From Chromera velia (Eukaryota), in NCBI GenBank assembly GCA_018398765.1, contig JAHBMJ010000268.1, positions 1 to 52,224 of the forward strand: DNA of 52,224 bases, read 5' to 3'. This document shows positions 46,609-52,224 of this stretch, piece by piece (positions within the stretch are counted from its first letter, which is position 1; every line of letters begins with the position of its first letter). The translations under genes and the position numbers were made by a program. The notes beneath the pieces were generated by a model. That model had not been told where the DNA came from. It was given only the letters and a program-made list of their open reading frames with translations, and searched no databases.

Positions 46609-47231
46609 ATTTCCTTCAGTAAAGGGAGGGAGACTTGAAAATATCGATATCAGAAGAACGGCACAGGTATATGCGCAATCAGAATCAAGAAAGGAAGAAG
46701 GGACAAGAAACTTAAAGAATGCCTTCGTCGGTCAGAGGAGGGTGTGCGATCAGGCAGGGAGGGAGGCAGGCGGGTGGGCAGAGAGAAGAAATTCTCTTTT
46801 TGTTTTGTGCGGTGCCATCCATGCCCTGTGAAGCTTCGAATGATTCGATCGAAAAAACTCTTTTTTGGTTTTTCGTCGTCGTCTGGGTTGCGTGCATGAT
46901 TTTCCCTCGAAAGAAAGAAACGTTTTTTCGTCGTCTTGTATCTAAACGGTCTGTCAGATCGCACGGTCGGTCCAACGGTCGGTATGTATGTATTCATGTT
47001 TGCCCTCGATCGATGCATGAATGACATTATCTCATTTGTTGTTGCCCACCTCCCTGCATATCTGCCTGTTGTCTGAGAGAATGAGAGAATGTGGGAACCC
47101 TCAACGCCTCTCTCTGTGTCTGTCTCTCTCCCCGTGTATGCCCCTGTATACGGTGCGAATGCATCAATCAGATCGATCGATCGAACGAATTCCTTGACCG
47201 GTTAAGCTGGACTGCATGAAGGGAAGACGAA

Positions 47232-47271
<40 letters not shown>

Positions 47272-49066
47272 AAAAAAGGAAGGAAAAGATTGAAGGAAGA
47301 AAGCAAGCAGAGAGAAACTGTAGAAAAGGGGAAAGAAGAGGCCCAAAGACTTAAGAACAGATGAAGGAAAGAATGCGAGAGTGACAGACAGACAGACAGA
47401 CTGAAAAATAAGGATGGAAAGCAGCGAGCATGTGATGAAGTAAGATCGAGGAAAAGGGGGGGTGTTTTAAATGGGAAAAGCGCAAGGAGGGCATATTCGT
47501 CTCAAGGTGTTCATTCGACCCTCCGTGGGGCAGGCGAAATGCCTGATAGCGCGCACTCGGTCAGTCTGTTTGGGTGCTGCGCCCTCCCCCCCTGGACTTA
47601 TTCGCGAGAGTGTGAGTGCGTGTGTTCGCATCTTTCAAACTGTTCGAACTTTCCAACGACTCGAGCTAGACCCCTGCAGAAAGAGCTCGATCGATGCATT
47701 CCTGTTTGGGCTGTTGAGCTCAGAGCGTCCATGATACAGGAAAATTAAGAGAAGACAAGAAAGGAATACAGAGGAGGTTTCAAAGAAGGTCTGCGGTGTC
47801 TTCTCTGACACGCAGGTAATGACTCGATTTCTCTTCTGAAAGGAAGGAAGACTCTTCCTCGATCCGTAGAAAAGGGAGAAACAGTCCCGCGCATGAAAAG
47901 AAAAAAGGGAATGGAGACGAATACTATTTGCCTTTTCGACTGATTGCTCGAACGTGCGCCGACTGCATGCCATAGAGTCTGTCTCCCGTCTGAGAACAAT
48001 TTTGACCCCGAAAGAATACCCCGATCTGAGGCACGCGTGCCTCGTGCATGCGTGTAAGTGATCAACTATCGATCAATCGATCGATACAATGAGTGCATGC
48101 GTCTTGTCTCTTTTTGCATCTGTGTGTCTTCACTATCATTTCACTATTTTCAATGTGTCTTCTCCAAAAATATCTTTTCGGCATGTCAAACAGCATATGA
48201 AACACTGGGCCAACTGATGCCATTGACGGTCATTTGATAGGTCATTTAGTCTGTAGGATTTAGCTACAGATTTATGTGCCGCCTGGGAGCTTCGCGCTCC
48301 AACTGGGGTTAGGTATCCTCTAATAGTCTAACTAACTAACTTAAACTAGGGTTGGACACTAAAGTTTTAAAGTTTTTTTTTGTTAAAGTTTTTTTTTGCC
48401 CTTTAGACTTTATTTTAAAAAAATATTTTTCAATCAGTTTTTGAGTAGATCGTTAATTAAGTCAGTCATAAGTTAGACTCATAACTAAACTAATTACCTA
48501 GCCTATATAGAAGATGGCACAAGCTTAGTCTCTTTAAGTTGAAATTTATGTTCACATTGAAAACAATCATCAGCGAGATCGATCGGATCTAGCATCGGAA
48601 GAAAAGTGGTCGGATGACATCATGGATCAAAAGTTCGGATGTACTTGCACCAGGAAGTAAACACTCACAATCATTAGAATCAATGGATTTCAGATCAGGT
48701 ATGCAACGCAGGAATTCCCTTTCATCCAGCGACTTAACACAAGAACGCACCTAAAAACGCACATAAAGAAAATCTATATATGAAGCCATCAAGAGATCAA
48801 ATTCAAGAATCATGTACACCGAGTTTGTGCTCGCGACATTCATCAAACACATGGTAAGGAGTCCAGCGATTGAGGAGTACTACATAGATTTTTTACATGC
48901 GATAGGCGATCAACACAAATGTACACAACATGAACGAACTTAACTTTGCCTTGTCTACATTTAAAGGCACGAATGATTGCACAAAAAGAGAAGAAGAAAA
49001 AAGAGGACAGATGAAAGGGAAACATAATTTGATATCAATTTCTCTCTCCTCACTCATCATCCGACT

Positions 49067-49441
49067 CTTTTCCGCAAAAAACTCGTTTTCATAATTGGTA
49101 AGGAGTTAGAAGCTGAAATTTTGTGTAAGAAGACATTGTAATGATAGAAAAAGAACTATTGAACAAATTTTTTATATCATTTCTAGAAACATAGGCTGCC
49201 ATACAAATTTTGTGAGTTTTATACCGTTTTTCTTATTGTTGAAAACCTACAAAATTTGTATGGCAGCCTATGTTTCTAGAAATGATATAAAAAATCTGTT
49301 TCATAGTTCTTTTTCTATCATTTCAATGTCTTTTTACACAAAGTTTCAGCTTCTAACTCCTTACCAATTATGAGAATGAGTTTTTTGCGGAAATGCGCCG
49401 CTTTAAGGGGGCAAAAAACAACCTACTCACCCCCGGCATGC
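49067..49441. mobile_element. Palindromic MITE (copy 2 of the 3365-3821 family), left-truncated
   Basis: Starts cttttccgcaaaaaactcgttttcataattggtaaggagtta and ends cctactcacccccggcatgc; aligns by eye with 3422-3821 with a central deletion. Confidence 0.88.
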
Positions 49442-50678
49442 GTTGTTGAACGATCCTCTATATCACGCTAGCTTAGAGGCTAGGAAGAGTAAGATCTAGA
49501 AATTAGAGATAGCTAGAGTAGGAGCTCGGAGCTCCGCTTTCTTTTACTTTCTTAAAAAGTTTCTTTAAATTTAGCAATTAAGCAGATTATATGTAGTTAT
49601 ATGCTTATTACCGGTAATTGTGTGTAAGTTATTTCAACAGTGTTGGGCAACCGAGGATTCAACCAGGTAGCTATTAGTAGCTATGAAGGGAGGGATTTTA
49701 AGGGACTGACGAAAAAAAGTTTTACTGTGTTCCTTTCTTCAGAAGTCAATACCAGTTAGAAGCAACAGAGAAAAGCCTCTCCAGTATATAATACTGTACA
49801 CCAGTCTCTGAAACATACGGTGCTGCATACACTTCAATCGGTCAACTGATGACGACGCAAGGCACAACTAACGATGTGAGATAATGGAAATGAATTCTCG
49901 TTTCGTGAAGCGTAAGCATGCTATAAAGCATGCAGTGTGACAGCGCTTCAGCCTTCAGGCGACGTTGCATATGGTACACACGTGGATCGATGCGGCGGCG
50001 CGGCGCAGTTAACGGGGTCCCGCGGCCCCATGCAAGTGTTGCGCGCATGCGTCGAAAGTGCATGTTGCACATGCATGCACATGTTGCACACCAAATTTGC
50101 AATCAAAATGCAACTCTGTCTGAGTTTGCACCCAGAGTCGGAAGTGAGTATGGAAGCAGATCGCTAGCCGCTTGAAACGGAAAGCCATCTACCTTGCCAA
50201 AGACCTTCCTATCTACTGGTCTTTGTGTTGCAAAGGGTGGAAATGGCTTTCTGCGGCTTTCAATTTTGAAACTTTCAAAGCCGGATCGATCGGTGCGATC
50301 GGCTTGATTATCAAAGCGAGCCTCTCAAACCCTTCCTTTGTTGTTCACTGCGGGGATTCGAGCTGCAGCTGCTCGCGCGCAATTCGCCGCACTTTGGGAA
50401 TTCAGAGGACAACAGCACGTGAGTCTCCGCCATGATTTGGCAGGGATACAAAAAACGGGATGTCGGGTGCGGTCGGGTGCGAATGTTTGCTCCCGTCTGG
50501 TGAATGTCTCCAGCCGGCTTCGAACAGTTTTTTTCATCAGTCTGTTGGTAGAAACAGCTTTGCTGTTTGGTCATCACTCTGCCATGTTTACCCTTCGCAT
50601 TCCGATCGTTTCAGTGACTCCGTTATGGCTTCGTTACTTGCATCCTGCTTTGTCTCTTCTCTTGTTTTGAATCTGCAG

Positions 50679-51881
50679 AGAGGACCATGGAGAAGAGGCT
50701 GAAGCTGTCGGTGGGGCAGCTGCGGCAGCCTCACCCGCACCAGGCAGAGGCAGGGGCAGAGGCAGGGGCAGAGGCAGAGGGGCTGCCGGCGCCGGGAGGG
50801 GGCAGCGTGGTGGTCGTGGCGGACATCTGCTGGCAAGCTCTGGATCCCCCTCTCTCACACAGGCCGTCCACGACGAGCACGCTCTCGTGCCCTGCACTCA
50901 CGCACACACAGAGCTGTGTTCCGTGCAGCTGGAGACCCTGCACAACTTCTACAACGACACTGGGAGTTCATTGGTTCCGAGAGTGACTTCCAGGCGGCCC
51001 TGAACATGCTCAAGCTCCACTACAAGCCCGACGAGACGTTCGTGAACGACCGCTGGTCGGCCTTCTACACCTACAAGCGCGTTCACTGCGAAGAAATCAA
51101 GTGCAAAAGGCATAAGAAATCGGTCAGTGGGGCATAGTGGGGGAATATGACTGTGTGAAATACATGGTGTTGACTGAATTGTTGTATTGTCAATGAGTGG
51201 ATTGCATAGACCAGAATAGACTGAGTCAGCGTGAGCCTAGGCGTGAGCTGGGCCTCTGTCAGTATGAGAGAGCTTGTATCATGGCTGCCATACGTGATGA
51301 AAAATTTTGAAGTGAACGCAGCATGCATGCAGTAAAAGTGGGCCAGACTCCTTGTCGTCAATCCATATACAACGTGAACGAAATGTCGAGAAAGATTGTT
51401 TCAGCCTTGCGTTTCAGCGAAGCACCAGGTGCACTGTCACAGTTTCACACCTTTGATATGCATGTTCCAGGATATCCTGATCCCTTGTGATGCAGCTCTC
51501 GACACATATTGCGATGTATTGCGTGTATACGTCTTCTTTTGCAGGTCCAGCTCGTCTTCAACAACAAACCGCGGACGATGACCTCCGAGGGTTCGACCAG
51601 ACCGGTATTCTGCCTTGTGTGCCATGCAGGAGACGGGGGTGCCACACACACTGGATCGCTGCGACTGCAGATGGGTTCTCAAGACCGTCAGAGACCTCGA
51701 GAACTTTTCCCACCTCTGCGCCATTGTGAGACGATGAGCTGGCAGTGAGATGAGGAGTTGTGTGTTTTTTTTCTTCTAGGTCAAACTCACCCGGTTTAAG
51801 CTGCGTGCAAAGCCCCATGAGAAGATAAGAAACGCAAGAAATGCCCACAAAAAGGCGCTTTACGGCCTCAAAAGCCCGTGA
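50679..51881 (+). pseudogene. Frameshifted spliced gene with RG repeat and a C-x4-C...HxH zinc-finger-like motif; possible MULE transposase N-terminal remnant
   Basis: Exon-like blocks 50679-51122, 51545-51744, 51780-51881 with GT-AG borders. Peptides GRGRGRGRG, YTYKRVHCEEIKCKRHKKS|VQLVFNNK...VCHAGDGG/CHTHW need frameshifts near 50955 and 51640. Family call is inference. Confidence 0.35.
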
Positions 51882-51931
51882 AGAGATGTTTGGGACGTCG
51901 AGGATTATGAATAATTATGAATTTTTTTCAG

Positions 51932-52224
51932 CCAGCTCTCACGGAAGGTGCCATGGAAAGGCTACTCCGTGAAAGCGAGGCTCGAACAGAAGAGAAATTG
52001 GGAGGGAAGATCCAGGGACTGAAAGACAGTATAGAAGAGATGGGGGAGCATCAAAGAAAGATGAAGCAGACGGTGAACGATCACGAAACGAGACTGGGAA
52101 ATTTGGAGAAGGGACAGAAAAGATCGGCCAAAGAGAAGGTGGAAGAGGAGAGGAGAATCTGCTCGCGGGTTGTTCTTGGACTGAAACTGCCCAAGAAAGA
52201 CATCCGCATACACGCAAAGAATTT
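51932..52224 (+). CDS. Open coiled-coil reading frame running off the window end; possibly LINE ORF1-like
   Basis: After ttttttcag: PALTEGAMERLLRESEARTEEKLGGKIQGLKDSIEEMGEHQRKMKQTVNDHETRLGNLEKGQKRSAKEKVEEERRICSRVVLGLKLPKKDIRIHAKN, no stop before the window end (absent from the ORF track). Confidence 0.45.

Noticed and set aside
48286..48335. Small hairpin ggagc-ttcgc-gctcc as a Helitron 3-prime end
   Set aside because: Stem only 5 bp and no CTRR terminus at the expected distance.

Overview
Eukaryotic, intron-rich nuclear scaffold with N gaps at 13378-13397 and about 37777-37845. Composition (TGCATG-rich, AG/CA-microsatellite introns) suggests a chromerid alveolate such as Chromera; this is inference, not a database result. 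I reconstructed five apparently intact genes by hand: a 9-exon DBP2/DDX5-like DEAD-box helicase with Gly-rich GWG/WG tails at both ends (minus, 8337-13660), an intronless membrane-anchored putative 2OG-Fe(II) dioxygenase (plus, 15405-16736), a 5-exon DUF2177-like membrane protein (minus, 26477-29525), a 24-exon STT3 oligosaccharyltransferase (minus, 31669-42957) and a 2-exon SLC5/SSS sodium:solute symporter (plus, 44004-46608). AT-rich intergenic tracts hold non-autonomous DNA transposons (a 2.7 kb hAT-like element, two copies of a palindromic MITE, an 874 bp foldback element, two ~240 bp MITEs with 8 bp TSDs) and decayed pseudogenes. Main observations: (1) an Argonaute-hook-like GW-repeat helicase; (2) repeat copies differing almost only by C:G>T:A changes at CpG and CpA, a RIP/methylation-like signature; (3) a non-canonical splice-donor consensus GTCRGT (C at +3 in 23 of 36 introns, G at +5 in all 36); (4) duplicated splice sites inside STT3, including the acceptor of the catalytic WWDYG exon. 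No prokaryotic operons, CRISPR arrays, tRNA or rRNA genes were recognised.
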